This document shows, in pieces, positions 1 to 9,039 of a DNA stretch of 48,658 bases; positions within the stretch are counted from its first letter, which is position 1, and every line of letters begins with the position of its first letter. A program made the position numbers and the translations under genes. A model generated the notes under the pieces. The model searched no databases. It saw only the letters and a program-made list of their open reading frames with translations, and was not told the DNA's origin. Origin of the DNA: a virus (Duplodnaviria; Caudoviricetes); the IMG/VR virus record IMGVR_UViG_3300033144_007297, positions 1 to 48,658 of that record. The stretch is one strand, 5' to 3'.

Positions 1-564
1 CTATTTATCGTAGGCGCGTTCGGTTTGCCAGGTATAGCACTTCCAGGGTACGCCCTGGTCCTGGGCATCGATCGGCGCAAGCACAAGGCTATGGACAAGC
101 GGATCATAAGGGTGATCGAGGAAGCCGAGTCACACACGATCGGCGGTCTGATGAAGAAGTGCATAGCCCTCCAGGACAAGTACGCGGCCTATCCGGTGAT
201 GAGCCGAATGTGGTACGCGGACCTGGATGAGATCCAGAGCGACATGGCCATGAAGGGCATCAAAGAGAACGGCAAAGAGCTTTACGACATCTGCCCTGCA
301 TCAGGACCTTTCTTTGACAAGCCGAAGCCGTGGAAGGGCTATTTCGAGGTCCTACGGGACAACGCGAAGATCATCGATCGCCAGGATTCGGACAGGCTTC
401 GGGCCTACGTCGAGTCCGGACCACAGAACCTTCGAGAGGTAATGGCATTCAAGCCAGAAATGAATCCGGCCCTGGCCGCCTTGGCTGTTGGGGTTGCAGT
501 ATTAACCGAATCGACACCCTGGTTCTGGGAGGTCGAGGGATCAGCTTTTAACCTGGAGGATTAG
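1..564 (+). CDS. 5'-truncated protein resembling a terminase large subunit C-terminal (RNase H-like) domain, apparently lacking catalytic acidic residues
   Basis: Frame is open from position 1 (LFIVGAFGLPG...). Pattern IVGAFG / YALVLGID / IRVIEEAE / helix / WYAD / terminal helix NPALAAL fits the fold. Lies upstream of the portal. Confidence 0.4.
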   Translation, partial: LFIVGAFGLPGIALPGYALVLGIDRRKHKAMDKRIIRVIEEAESHTIGGLMKKCIALQDKYAAYPVMSRMWYADLDEIQSDMAMKGIKENGKELYDICPASGPFFDKPKPWKGYFEVLRDNAKIIDRQDSDRLRAYVESGPQNLREVMAFKPEMNPALAALAVGVAVLTESTPWFWEVEGSAFNLED

Positions 565-565
565 G

Positions 566-910
566 ATGCAGAACAATATTATATTAGGTTTCTTTCAGCC
601 GTGGGACGCAACGGTGCTTTTGAAGAACGCCAACGACACAGGTGCCATCATGGCCCTGGAGCAATCTTCCGGCCTTCTGAAGATCCAGGTCGACCATACC
701 CATATATCCGGATCCCCGACGCTGAAGGTTGATGTGGAGGAGTCGGTTGATGGCGTATCCTGGGTGCTGACCCAGGTGGTCGCGGCCCTGGCAAAGGACA
801 CGACGACGCTTTATGACTATGACTGCGGGCTGTCAAGGTTCGCCAGGATAAAGATCACCGAAAACAACGTAAGCGACACGGCCGTCACCTTGAGCGTGTC
901 CGTAAGATAG
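566..910 (+). CDS. small beta-rich putative virion protein, paralog A1
   Basis: 114 aa with GGAGG upstream. Shares ILGFFQ, ESVDGV, DC..SRF and LS.SVR with the next ORF. Confidence 0.6.
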   Translation: MQNNIILGFFQPWDATVLLKNANDTGAIMALEQSSGLLKIQVDHTHISGSPTLKVDVEESVDGVSWVLTQVVAALAKDTTTLYDYDCGLSRFARIKITENNVSDTAVTLSVSVR

Positions 911-919
911 GGGGGCAAG

Positions 920-1270
920 ATGGACAAGAATGTTATTTTAGGCTTCTTTCAATTGTTTACCGGCGAAGTCCTCGCCAAGACAGAGGACGCAGAGTCAGAC
1001 GTTCTCCACCTGGAACTGTCTGGAGGCAACATCCGGATCCAGGCCGAGGTGACTGCCGGCACAGGGACCATCGAGTGTGAGGTGTTGGAAAGCGTTGACG
1101 GTGTCACATATGTGACCAACAGCACACCGGTCTTCTCGACACAGGCCTCCGGCGACAGCGTTACATTAAGCGATTTCGACTGCAAGGCGAGTCGATTTAT
1201 AAAGATATTGGTAACAGAGGACGGAGGGGCGCAACCCGCTACCTTCACATTAAGTATATCTGTAAGATAA
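920..1270 (+). CDS. small beta-rich putative virion protein, paralog A2
   Basis: 116 aa tandem paralog of 566..910. Confidence 0.6.
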   Translation: MDKNVILGFFQLFTGEVLAKTEDAESDVLHLELSGGNIRIQAEVTAGTGTIECEVLESVDGVTYVTNSTPVFSTQASGDSVTLSDFDCKASRFIKILVTEDGGAQPATFTLSISVR

Positions 1271-1286
1271 CCGTAACAAAGGAGAA

Positions 1287-2045
1287 ATGACCATGGCACA
1301 AGAAATGAACCGTGTTGTAACAGTCGGGGGAAGCGAGGCCAGTATCCGTCTGGATAAGTTTAGGATGGCCGACAAGATCGAATTTTACGATGACTTCCTG
1401 GGCCTCTTGTTAAAGAAAGTCATTAGCGCCGAGAACACCACCGCGCAATGGTCGACCGTCGAAACCGACATCAACCTCGCGCCTGACAATGTGGCCGATG
1501 CAGTCAATGGCGTTTGCCAGTTAACGCTCGATTCGGACGATGTCGCCCAGGTCGCCTGCTTGTACTTCGGCGATACCGAGCAGTTCGTGATCGGCCAGGG
1601 CCTTATCTTTGAGGCCAGGGTGACGTTGGCTGTCTTGCCGACAACCGGAACCGAAGAGGTTGAGGCCGCCTTTGGCCTTGCGGGAGAACACAATGCAGAT
1701 CTCGACACCGTCGACATCAAGGCATGGTTTCGATCTGAAAGCCCAACCGAAACCACTCTCCTGTGGGAATCCGATGACGACACAACCGCCGATGAAGACA
1801 ATGACACAGGAGTGACCCTGGTCGCGGGGACGTATCACGTCTACAAGATCGACGCTTCAGATGCATCAGCGGTGCAGTTTTATGTCGATGACGTACTCGT
1901 CGGTGAGGCTGATATGTCGGATCTGGATGCAACTCTGGCAAAGGTTCAGCCGTATTTTCAGTTGAGCAAAGCCAAGAGTTCGGCCAATACGGGCGTGGCC
2001 ACGATGTACATCGACTATGTGAGGATTACCCAGGACCGAAGCTAA
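1287..2045 (+). CDS. acidic beta-sandwich (ConA/LamG-like) putative virion protein
   Basis: AAGGAG RBS. Motifs YDDFLG, FEARV, YHVYKID and VQFYVDDVLVG resemble lectin-like jelly-roll domains. Confidence 0.5.
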   Translation: MTMAQEMNRVVTVGGSEASIRLDKFRMADKIEFYDDFLGLLLKKVISAENTTAQWSTVETDINLAPDNVADAVNGVCQLTLDSDDVAQVACLYFGDTEQFVIGQGLIFEARVTLAVLPTTGTEEVEAAFGLAGEHNADLDTVDIKAWFRSESPTETTLLWESDDDTTADEDNDTGVTLVAGTYHVYKIDASDASAVQFYVDDVLVGEADMSDLDATLAKVQPYFQLSKAKSSANTGVATMYIDYVRITQDRS

Positions 2046-2368
2046 TGGAAATACAGCTTTGGGAGATAGGCGCTGTCTTTTTTGCCGGCGTCTTTGCAAC
2101 GCTTCTTGGTGGGTTTCTGACGGGCCTCCTGGTGTACAAAACCAAGTACGCCGGCGAGGAGATCTTCCGGAAGAAGGATGATCACGGTGGCGCTGAAGTG
2201 TTCAACATGGATGACGAGTTCACCGGATCCGATGCGCCAGAGGAGTACGAACCAATCGAGTATCCGCCTGAAACCGAGGCGGATATCGGCAAGTTCGAAA
2301 CCCAATTTGGCATGGAGCGCATGATCAAAGAGGCAGAAAAGTACCAGGAGGTGGACGATGCCGCTTGA
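2045..2368 (+). CDS. membrane-anchored acidic hypothetical protein
   Basis: N-terminal hydrophobic helix (IGAVFFAGVFATLLGGFLTGLLV). TAATG coupling to the previous gene. Confidence 0.6.
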   Translation: MEIQLWEIGAVFFAGVFATLLGGFLTGLLVYKTKYAGEEIFRKKDDHGGAEVFNMDDEFTGSDAPEEYEPIEYPPETEADIGKFETQFGMERMIKEAEKYQEVDDAA

Positions 2369-2765
2369 TGTGGTTTGCCCTGATTGCAGGGGCGTGTTTT
2401 TTGAAACGAACGACAAGGACGGGCGCAACCCCCATGTGGAGCAACGCCCAGGTGCGATGCCCGCCGGCGCAAGGAGCGTGATGGTTCGGAAGTATGATCC
2501 GGACGTGATCGCCAACGCCGCGATGATCCGCATGAAGGCGGAATTCGTGAGCATCTATGACGACATCATTCACCACGAAAGCCTGGTTGGATTTGCGATC
2601 GAGCCATGCCCTCAATGTGGCGGAGCCTATTCAAACGATGGCTTCAAGCTCGAAACCAGGGAAGGGCCGAAGCCCCTTAACCCGCTGATATGCGAGATCT
2701 GCGACAGGGGGCCATTTAAAACTGAACAGGGGAAAGACAATCATATACGCATGATCCACTCATAA
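2358..2765 (+). CDS. Zn-binding protein with two CxxC pairs and a C-terminal C2H2-like finger
   Basis: CPDC, CPQC and CEIC-x13-H-x4-H. GGAGG upstream. Confidence 0.65.
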   Translation: MPLDVVCPDCRGVFFETNDKDGRNPHVEQRPGAMPAGARSVMVRKYDPDVIANAAMIRMKAEFVSIYDDIIHHESLVGFAIEPCPQCGGAYSNDGFKLETREGPKPLNPLICEICDRGPFKTEQGKDNHIRMIHS

Positions 2766-2775
2766 GGGGAAACCC

Positions 2776-4734
2776 ATGACGTTTGAACCATATAACATAG
2801 CGAAGCCTCCTCCGGCAACAGAGGACGAACAGGTTATAGGCAACTTCGTTCAGGACTTGTTCGAGAAGGCCGAAGAGGAAAAGAATAGACAGGGGCTTCC
2901 GAACAAGTGGCGAAACTGTTTCTTAATGTATCACGGCGACCATTGGCAAAAAAGCCGCTTTGTCAAGAAGGACAAGACCAAGGTGACTGTCAACCTCTTC
3001 TTCGCCAACGTCAACAGGACAGTTTCGAACATCACAGCCAGGAAGCCGGTGGCAGAGGTGGTCGACCTTGAGGGCGATGCTGACAAGATGGACATGATCC
3101 TTACCGCCAGGATCCGCAAGTGGTGGAAGGACACACAGCAACAGGCCAAGCTCAAGGAAACCGCGCTCAAAATGGAGAAATACGGGGTTACGATCGAGCA
3201 TCCGGTGTGGAAGAAAAACAAGGAAGACTTCGACGTGATCATTATGGATGCGTTCTCTGCCTTCCCCGCGCCTGGCAACTGGCGCAACCTGGACGAGCAA
3301 TGCCCATACTTTTGCCTGGCATACGCGGACCTGACCGAGAGCATCGAGGCCAAGTTCAACCTGAAGCCTGGAGAGGCCAAGCCTGATGACGTTTACTCGA
3401 TCCTTGGCGAAGACCGTGAAGAAACCAGGCCGGTCCCGATGGACGCGTACCCTGGTGGTGATCGTGCTTCTGGCAACTACGCCGATCCGCAAATGCGGCC
3501 GGTTCAGCCAGGCACCGACACCTATTTGACCAAGAGAGGCCTTGTGGTCGAGTTGTGGTTACGCGACAATTCAATAGTGCAAGCGCCGGAAGGGCTACCA
3601 ATAACAGCCAAGGACGGCGAGGTTCTTTATCAGCGGCCAAAGGGTACCCAGGTCTATCCGGATGGCGTAAGGGTCATCACGTTTACAAATAAGGGCAACC
3701 TGGTCCTGGGCGACTTTGTCAATCCGAACATCAACTGGACCCTGCCGATCGATAAGCTCCGCCAGACCCACGCCTGGGGAAGATTTCCTTTTTATAAGAC
3801 GAATTCATACATCGACACGACGAGCCTCTGGGGATTTAGCGCTCTGGCACAGGTTGGGGATCTCAACAAGAAGGTCGACGAAATCATGTCGCGCCTCCTG
3901 GCCTGGATCATGCGCGTGATGTTTCCACCGCTCATAGTGGCCAAGGAAACCGGTATCACCAAGGCGATGCTGAACAACAACCCGAACCTGGTGCTGATGC
4001 CGGAGAAGGTGTCCCATGTGGCAGGGATCCGCTTTGAGCCGGTCCCGAATCTGCCATCCAACTTTATCGATATTCTCGAAGTAGCGATTAAGTTTTTTGA
4101 CCGAATATATCAAATTGAAGATGCCGACAGAGGCGTTGGCCCCGCGGGAGTAACGGCCGCAAGCGCGATCGTTGCCCTTCAGGAAAGGAACGCGGTCCTC
4201 ATCCAGGAAAAAATCGCGGCCGTGGACGGCCTGGTGGAGAACCGAGGGAAGTGGTGCATATCGATGTATCAGAACATGGGCATTGAGGCAGAAACGATCG
4301 AGGTGGACGGCGAGGCCCAGGAGTTTAAGGGCGTGGATGCGATCGGCAGAAAGTTCAACTTTGTAGTCGAGTCCGGATCTACGATGCCGCGAACAAGCCT
4401 CCAGTTGGAAGAGCAGAGCAAAGAGCTTTACAAGCTTGGTGCCATTGACCGAGAGGCCTTGTTGGAAGCCTTGAATTATCCGAACTGGAAGAAGGTTATC
4501 GAAAGGGCCGGCGAGGGCCAGGTGGACCAGGCATTGCAGATCTTGATTGCCGCAGGCCTCGATGAAGAAGAAGCCTTTGCGTTAAAGGAACACGTCATGC
4601 AACCGGATCAGAAGACGAGCGGATCCGAGAAGTCCGGCCGCGAAGCGGTGGGCAAGCCGTCAGCAAAGGCCGTCCAGGGCGTAACGCCTCCGGCAGAAGT
4701 GCGATCATTGCCAACAGCAAGCCAAAGGGCGTAA
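2776..4734 (+). CDS. portal protein (P22-like)
   Basis: 652 aa. Motifs YHGDHW, VNL..ANV, FPF, and G..AASAI.ALQE. Position before scaffold and capsid genes. Confidence 0.85.
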   Translation: MTFEPYNIAKPPPATEDEQVIGNFVQDLFEKAEEEKNRQGLPNKWRNCFLMYHGDHWQKSRFVKKDKTKVTVNLFFANVNRTVSNITARKPVAEVVDLEGDADKMDMILTARIRKWWKDTQQQAKLKETALKMEKYGVTIEHPVWKKNKEDFDVIIMDAFSAFPAPGNWRNLDEQCPYFCLAYADLTESIEAKFNLKPGEAKPDDVYSILGEDREETRPVPMDAYPGGDRASGNYADPQMRPVQPGTDTYLTKRGLVVELWLRDNSIVQAPEGLPITAKDGEVLYQRPKGTQVYPDGVRVITFTNKGNLVLGDFVNPNINWTLPIDKLRQTHAWGRFPFYKTNSYIDTTSLWGFSALAQVGDLNKKVDEIMSRLLAWIMRVMFPPLIVAKETGITKAMLNNNPNLVLMPEKVSHVAGIRFEPVPNLPSNFIDILEVAIKFFDRIYQIEDADRGVGPAGVTAASAIVALQERNAVLIQEKIAAVDGLVENRGKWCISMYQNMGIEAETIEVDGEAQEFKGVDAIGRKFNFVVESGSTMPRTSLQLEEQSKELYKLGAIDREALLEALNYPNWKKVIERAGEGQVDQALQILIAAGLDEEEAFALKEHVMQPDQKTSGSEKSGREAVGKPSAKAVQGVTPPAEVRSLPTASQRA

Positions 4735-4916
4735 TGAGCGAATACGAAAAGGCCGAATACGAATATAAATGTGACATATGTACAAATCCTTTTGATTTAA
4801 GGGATGGCGGCTACCTTGGCCCACAGAGCAAAGAAGATGAAGCCTGCCACCCATTCGTGGCCTTCGAGGCTGTTTGTCCCAAGTGCGACAGCGCTCCGGA
4901 TAGGGAGAAAAAATAA
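4734..4916 (+). CDS. small Zn-ribbon protein
   Basis: CDIC...CPKC. TAATG overlaps on both sides. Confidence 0.55.
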   Translation: MSEYEKAEYEYKCDICTNPFDLRDGGYLGPQSKEDEACHPFVAFEAVCPKCDSAPDREKK

Positions 4917-5197
4917 TGCCTCTATACGACTATGAGTGCGAGGATTGCGGGATCGAGATCGAGGAGGTCTTTAAGATGGACGAGAAGCCGACCTCGATTG
5001 AGTGTGGAGGCTGTCATAGCACGATGTACCCTGTAATGGTTGAAGGTCATGGTGGCATCCAGACAGACAAGCCAAAGTGGATTGACGATAGCGTTCGCGG
5101 CGCCCTGCAAGGTGATGATGAGAAGCCGATCGAAACCAGGACGGACTACAACCGAGCGCTAAAAGAAAAGAATGTAGAGCCGATCGAGAGGGGATGA
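4916..5197 (+). CDS. FmdB-family zinc ribbon protein
   Basis: MPLYDYECEDCG...ECGGC signature. This type of gene often follows phage portals. Confidence 0.8.
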   Translation: MPLYDYECEDCGIEIEEVFKMDEKPTSIECGGCHSTMYPVMVEGHGGIQTDKPKWIDDSVRGALQGDDEKPIETRTDYNRALKEKNVEPIERG

Positions 5198-5198
5198 C

Positions 5199-5435
5199 AT
5201 GGGAACAGTAGCCCAGGCCGCAAAGGACAGGCCGAAGATCAAGAAAAGGAAGTTTAAGGATCCAGTATACAACTCGAAATTTTATCAACGACTGATTCGC
5301 CTGGAGCAAAGTGGTGCCATAGACAAGTTGCCTTCTCTGGACAAAACAGAAACAGAGGGGAAGCTTGGCAGGGTCATTGGGCCACCGGTTGCGAAGGTGA
5401 GGAAGTTTTTTGAGGAACACGACATAGGACCATGA
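5199..5435 (+). CDS. basic hypothetical protein
   Basis: 78 aa, GAGGGG upstream, fills the gap in the operon. Confidence 0.5.
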   Translation: MGTVAQAAKDRPKIKKRKFKDPVYNSKFYQRLIRLEQSGAIDKLPSLDKTETEGKLGRVIGPPVAKVRKFFEEHDIGP

Positions 5436-5438
5436 GAA

Positions 5439-5505
5439 GGCGGATAATGTAGCAATGCACCCGCCGACCATTTTACTTTAACGGGACAACCTCTCCGGAG
5501 GACCC
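5439..5505 (+). promoter_or_regulatory. two similar bulged RNA hairpins upstream of the scaffold RBS
   Basis: ggcgg-ataa-tgta-GCAA-tgca-c-ccgcc (5439-5465) and ggg-acaa-cctc-TCCG-gagg-a-ccc (5483-5505). GGAGG at 5511-5515. Confidence 0.45.
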
Positions 5506-5520
5506 ACAAAGGAGGACGAA

Positions 5521-6318
5521 ATGCCTGGTACGAAAAAAGATGACGACAAAATAGCTCCGGTTGATGCACCGACAAAGACCCCCGCGGATCCCGCGGACAA
5601 GGCCGGTGACGACCCAACCAAGAAGGATGACGCGGCAGACCTTGGCGATTTTAAATCTCCCGCGGAACTGAAAACCGCCTACGACCTACTCCAAACCAAA
5701 TTTGGGGAGCAAGGCACCAAGTTAGGCACCGCGAGAAAAGAGGGTACCGCCGCGTCCGAAAAGCTTGCCAAGATGGAAGCCGACGCGAAGGCCGCCGAGC
5801 CTGAACCGACAACGGACTTTGAGGCAAAATCAAAAGAAATCCGTGAGAAGATCGACGATGGCAGGCTCACGATAGCCGAAGGTTTTGAAGAGCATGGCAA
5901 TCTCGTTATGATAAAAACAGCGGCAGAATCCGCTCGCATTGCCGATGAAAAGATTAAAGAGGTGATGCTCGACGAGAAGGCCACAACCGCAGAGGCCGCA
6001 TGGCATAAGAGGTTTCCGGATTACCAACCCTTTATTGACTCCGGCAGAGCCGCAGAAATCATAAAAGAACATCCGGACATCGAAATGCTTTTAGATCCAA
6101 CCATGGCTTATCTTTTTCAAAGGGAGTTAGATGCCGGAGATAAGGCTGTGAAGGCGGCCGCGAAGACGGCCAAGGGAACGGAGCTAACAGAAAAAGTCTT
6201 GGACGAACCAGGGGCAACACCACCAAGAACACCAACAAGGCAAACCCCTGTGTCTGAAGCAGAGTTGGAGGAAATCCAACTTGGTACAATTAAAAAGATG
6301 AGGGGTGAGGCCGTCTAA
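5521..6318 (+). CDS. capsid scaffolding protein
   Basis: Charged low-complexity N-terminus, FKS.AEL..AY..LQ.K.GEQG motif, coiled coil. Directly upstream of the capsid gene. Confidence 0.75.
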   Translation: MPGTKKDDDKIAPVDAPTKTPADPADKAGDDPTKKDDAADLGDFKSPAELKTAYDLLQTKFGEQGTKLGTARKEGTAASEKLAKMEADAKAAEPEPTTDFEAKSKEIREKIDDGRLTIAEGFEEHGNLVMIKTAAESARIADEKIKEVMLDEKATTAEAAWHKRFPDYQPFIDSGRAAEIIKEHPDIEMLLDPTMAYLFQRELDAGDKAVKAAAKTAKGTELTEKVLDEPGATPPRTPTRQTPVSEAELEEIQLGTIKKMRGEAV

Positions 6319-6335
6319 ATAGAAAGGAGCAACAA

Positions 6336-7304
6336 ATGGCCTTAACACTTGATGAACTCAATGCAATTACCCTGGATTATTGGGAAAGAGGCACAACCGA
6401 TATTTATTTCCTCGACAACGTGTTGTTGTGGAAACTCCTGGGTAACGGCAACCTGAAAAATGAATTGGTCAAGGCAAGCGAGACTGTCGATGGTGGACTC
6501 AAGATCCGCGTGATCCTTGAGTACGCCGAGTCTAACAGCGGAACCTATGGCAACGTGACGAAGATCGCGCAGGCCAAGGTCGACATCCTGAATGCCGCTC
6601 GTTTCAGATGGGCAGGCTATTTCGCGTCGAACACCATTGACCTCAACGACAAAATGCAGAACGCCGGCAGGGCCGCGATGGTCAAATTGGCGAATGCAAA
6701 AATCAGAAACATTCAGAAAACCATTCGCAAGAAGATGGGTACCGACATCTATGCGAGCGCTTCTGACAGCTATGCCTTCCTGGGCCTTGGCAATCTTTTT
6801 GAAACCACAGGCTCCACGAAGTATGGCGAGGTTGCAAGCGACGATATGGCTGATTGGAAGGCCAACGTCATCACGACGACCGAGCCGATCAGCTTCAAGA
6901 CGCTTCAGAAGTGTAGGCGAACACCGAACATCGGCCAGAACGACGAGGACAAACCGAATCTTTATATCACCACGGACATCCTGAAGGACGGCTTCGAAAG
7001 AACCCTCCAGGTGCAGGCTCGATATAAGGATGTCGACCTGGCAGATGCCGGATTTGAAAACGTCTTGTTCAAGGGCAAACCCGTTGTTGCAGACGACAGG
7101 CAGACTGCCGGTTATTGCGACTGTCTGAATCTGCGCTATCTGCGGCTTCGCGCTCACAGCGCGTACAATTTTACGCCGCCGGTATGGGAAGCCAATCTCG
7201 ATCAACCGGACGTGTGGACAGCCAACCAACGGATGTTGGGACAGTTGACCACGAACCATAGGAAAGCGCACATTAGGCACACGAACCTGACCGAGCCGGC
7301 TTAA
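6336..7304 (+). CDS. major capsid protein (HK97 fold, podovirus type)
   Basis: 322 aa, AAGGAG RBS. Motifs VDGG.KI...LEY, LGL, P.LYIT, AGFENV.FKG.PVV.D and GQLTT. Confidence 0.9.
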   Translation: MALTLDELNAITLDYWERGTTDIYFLDNVLLWKLLGNGNLKNELVKASETVDGGLKIRVILEYAESNSGTYGNVTKIAQAKVDILNAARFRWAGYFASNTIDLNDKMQNAGRAAMVKLANAKIRNIQKTIRKKMGTDIYASASDSYAFLGLGNLFETTGSTKYGEVASDDMADWKANVITTTEPISFKTLQKCRRTPNIGQNDEDKPNLYITTDILKDGFERTLQVQARYKDVDLADAGFENVLFKGKPVVADDRQTAGYCDCLNLRYLRLRAHSAYNFTPPVWEANLDQPDVWTANQRMLGQLTTNHRKAHIRHTNLTEPA

Positions 7305-7314
7305 TTGTAATCAT

Positions 7315-7332
7315 GGGGCCGGCAACGGTCCC
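7315..7332 (+). terminator. GC-rich hairpin after the capsid gene (weak terminator or mRNA stabiliser)
   Basis: ggggccg-GCAA-cggtccc with no clear U tract. Confidence 0.4.
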
Positions 7333-7361
7333 TCCACCTTATTAAGAAAGGAGATATCACG

Positions 7362-7721
7362 ATGGACGAAGATATCAGATTTTCGAAAGACCTGTTAACC
7401 TCTACGGGTGCGGCTACGGTTGCCTATCACAAGTGCGATTATAGATGCACCTTTCGGGGTTTCTGGGCTATTTGTAGCGCCGACCTGGGGACAGGCGAAA
7501 CCGTCACGGTTGCCAACTTGACGGATACCAAAACGCTTGGGGTCGCCACCTTTGACGATGCCGCCGTAGCGGGCGATGAGGCCGCTTGGGTGAAGGACGT
7601 CACCAATGGTGACTATGTCAATGATGTTGGTGACATCCTGTCGTTTACCGTAACCCAATGCACGGCCGCAGGCATAGTTAGCCTGGGCTACGAACTGGAT
7701 CCCAAGGCAAGGGTACCCTAA
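7362..7721 (+). CDS. putative capsid decoration protein, paralog B1
   Basis: 119 aa, beta-rich, AAGGAG RBS, immediately after the capsid gene. Confidence 0.6.
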   Translation: MDEDIRFSKDLLTSTGAATVAYHKCDYRCTFRGFWAICSADLGTGETVTVANLTDTKTLGVATFDDAAVAGDEAAWVKDVTNGDYVNDVGDILSFTVTQCTAAGIVSLGYELDPKARVP

Positions 7722-7739
7722 ACCGAAGGAGGTGACACA

Positions 7740-8099
7740 ATGGACGAAGATATCCGCTTTACAAAGGATCTCGTTGTTTCTACCACCGCGGAAACGATCC
7801 ATTACCACAAGTGTGACTATAAGAACACCTTTCGGGGGTTGTATGCCGTTGTCAGCGGCGACATCGGTGACGGTGATACCGTTACAGTCGTCAACGAAAC
7901 GGACTCCAAGACCCTTGGGGTGGCCACTTTTGGGGCGGCTCCCTCCGCGGGAGATGAAGCGACGTGGGTGGCTGATTCCACCGACGGCAATTACGTTAAT
8001 GAAACCGCCGACATCATTTCGTTTACCTTGACCGTGGCAGATGCCGTGGGCATGGTGAGCATAGGATTTGAGTTGGATCCGCATTGTAGAGTGCCGTAA
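7740..8099 (+). CDS. putative capsid decoration protein, paralog B2
   Basis: 119 aa. Ungapped alignment to B1 gives 76/119 identities by manual count. AAGGAGGT RBS. Confidence 0.6.
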   Translation: MDEDIRFTKDLVVSTTAETIHYHKCDYKNTFRGLYAVVSGDIGDGDTVTVVNETDSKTLGVATFGAAPSAGDEATWVADSTDGNYVNETADIISFTLTVADAVGMVSIGFELDPHCRVP

Positions 8100-8767
8100 T
8101 GAATAACCGAGAACTGATCGAGCAAGTCGAGATCAAGATCCTGGATCCATCGTACACTCAACCGATGATCCTTGCACGGATAAATAAGGGTGCGAGGAGG
8201 ACAGCCGCCATGGTTGATCTTCCTCAACTTAAAACATCCGAAACGGTTTCAACGGGTTCTAATCCGTATGTGGCGTTGCCTACTGCTGTGGGCAACGCCT
8301 TCCATACGGACAAGGATAAGGCGCTGTTCTTCGTAGCGTCACAGGGCCAGGACAGGGAAATTACCATAATGACGTCCTGGATAAAGTTCCTCCAGAAGTA
8401 TCCGAGGCAAAATGAGGCCTATGACGTATACGATGTGTGCGTCAGAGGGTCGTCCCTGTACTATCAGGGGATTCCCTCAACCGCCGACTCTTTGGACCTT
8501 CACTTCTATCGGAAACCGGTGGACATGAAGATCAACACCAATGACTCGCCGGACGGGATACCGGACCACCTCCAGGAGGACATCCTCGTTAACTTCGGGG
8601 CCTGGGATATCTACAAGGAGATCGAGCGGGACATATCAGGCAAGAAGCCGGAAACGGAGAAGTACCAAGGCCTCTTTGCCGCCTCGATCGCAGAGCTTCG
8701 CGCCTTTGTTGGCGAACCCGACGCAAGGCCCATCCACTACGAGTACGATGAAGGGAGCATGATCTGA
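8099..8767 (+). CDS. head-tail adaptor (tail tubular protein A-like)
   Basis: N-terminal EL...V.......IL..IN.G helix pair. C-terminal YRKP..M....DSP..IP.HL...LV..GA. Fits gene position. Confidence 0.7.
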   Translation: MNNRELIEQVEIKILDPSYTQPMILARINKGARRTAAMVDLPQLKTSETVSTGSNPYVALPTAVGNAFHTDKDKALFFVASQGQDREITIMTSWIKFLQKYPRQNEAYDVYDVCVRGSSLYYQGIPSTADSLDLHFYRKPVDMKINTNDSPDGIPDHLQEDILVNFGAWDIYKEIERDISGKKPETEKYQGLFAASIAELRAFVGEPDARPIHYEYDEGSMI

Positions 8768-9039
8768 TGAGCGAAGACGGAAACGGTGAAGATAAGGGCG
8801 CTCCGCAAAAGCCTAAAGAGCTTACACCGGAGCAAAAGGCAATCGTTGAGGCCTCCAAGAAAAGCATGAACAAGTTCATGGGGAGCCTGTCCTATTACAT
8901 GGTTCATCAAATGAGGACCATTATAAACGGGACCATCAACATCAATGTTGACATCGACAACTTTTTGATTACCGGTGCGGAGTTCCACGCGACAACCAAG
9001 ATGGACTTCACAGAAAAGGAAGAGCCAGGCGATGGATAG
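8767..9039 (+). CDS. hypothetical protein
   Basis: 90 aa, TGATG coupled to the adaptor gene. Confidence 0.5.
   Translation: MSEDGNGEDKGAPQKPKELTPEQKAIVEASKKSMNKFMGSLSYYMVHQMRTIINGTININVDIDNFLITGAEFHATTKMDFTEKEEPGDG

Noticed and set aside
6342-7280. 312-aa antisense ORF over the capsid gene
   Set aside because: Mirror-frame shadow of a well-supported gene with no recognisable motifs.
8975-9031. Longer N-termini from the ORF track (also 31635, 31972, 32710, 42298, 47982)
   Set aside because: Downstream ATGs have better RBS spacing or stop-start coupling.
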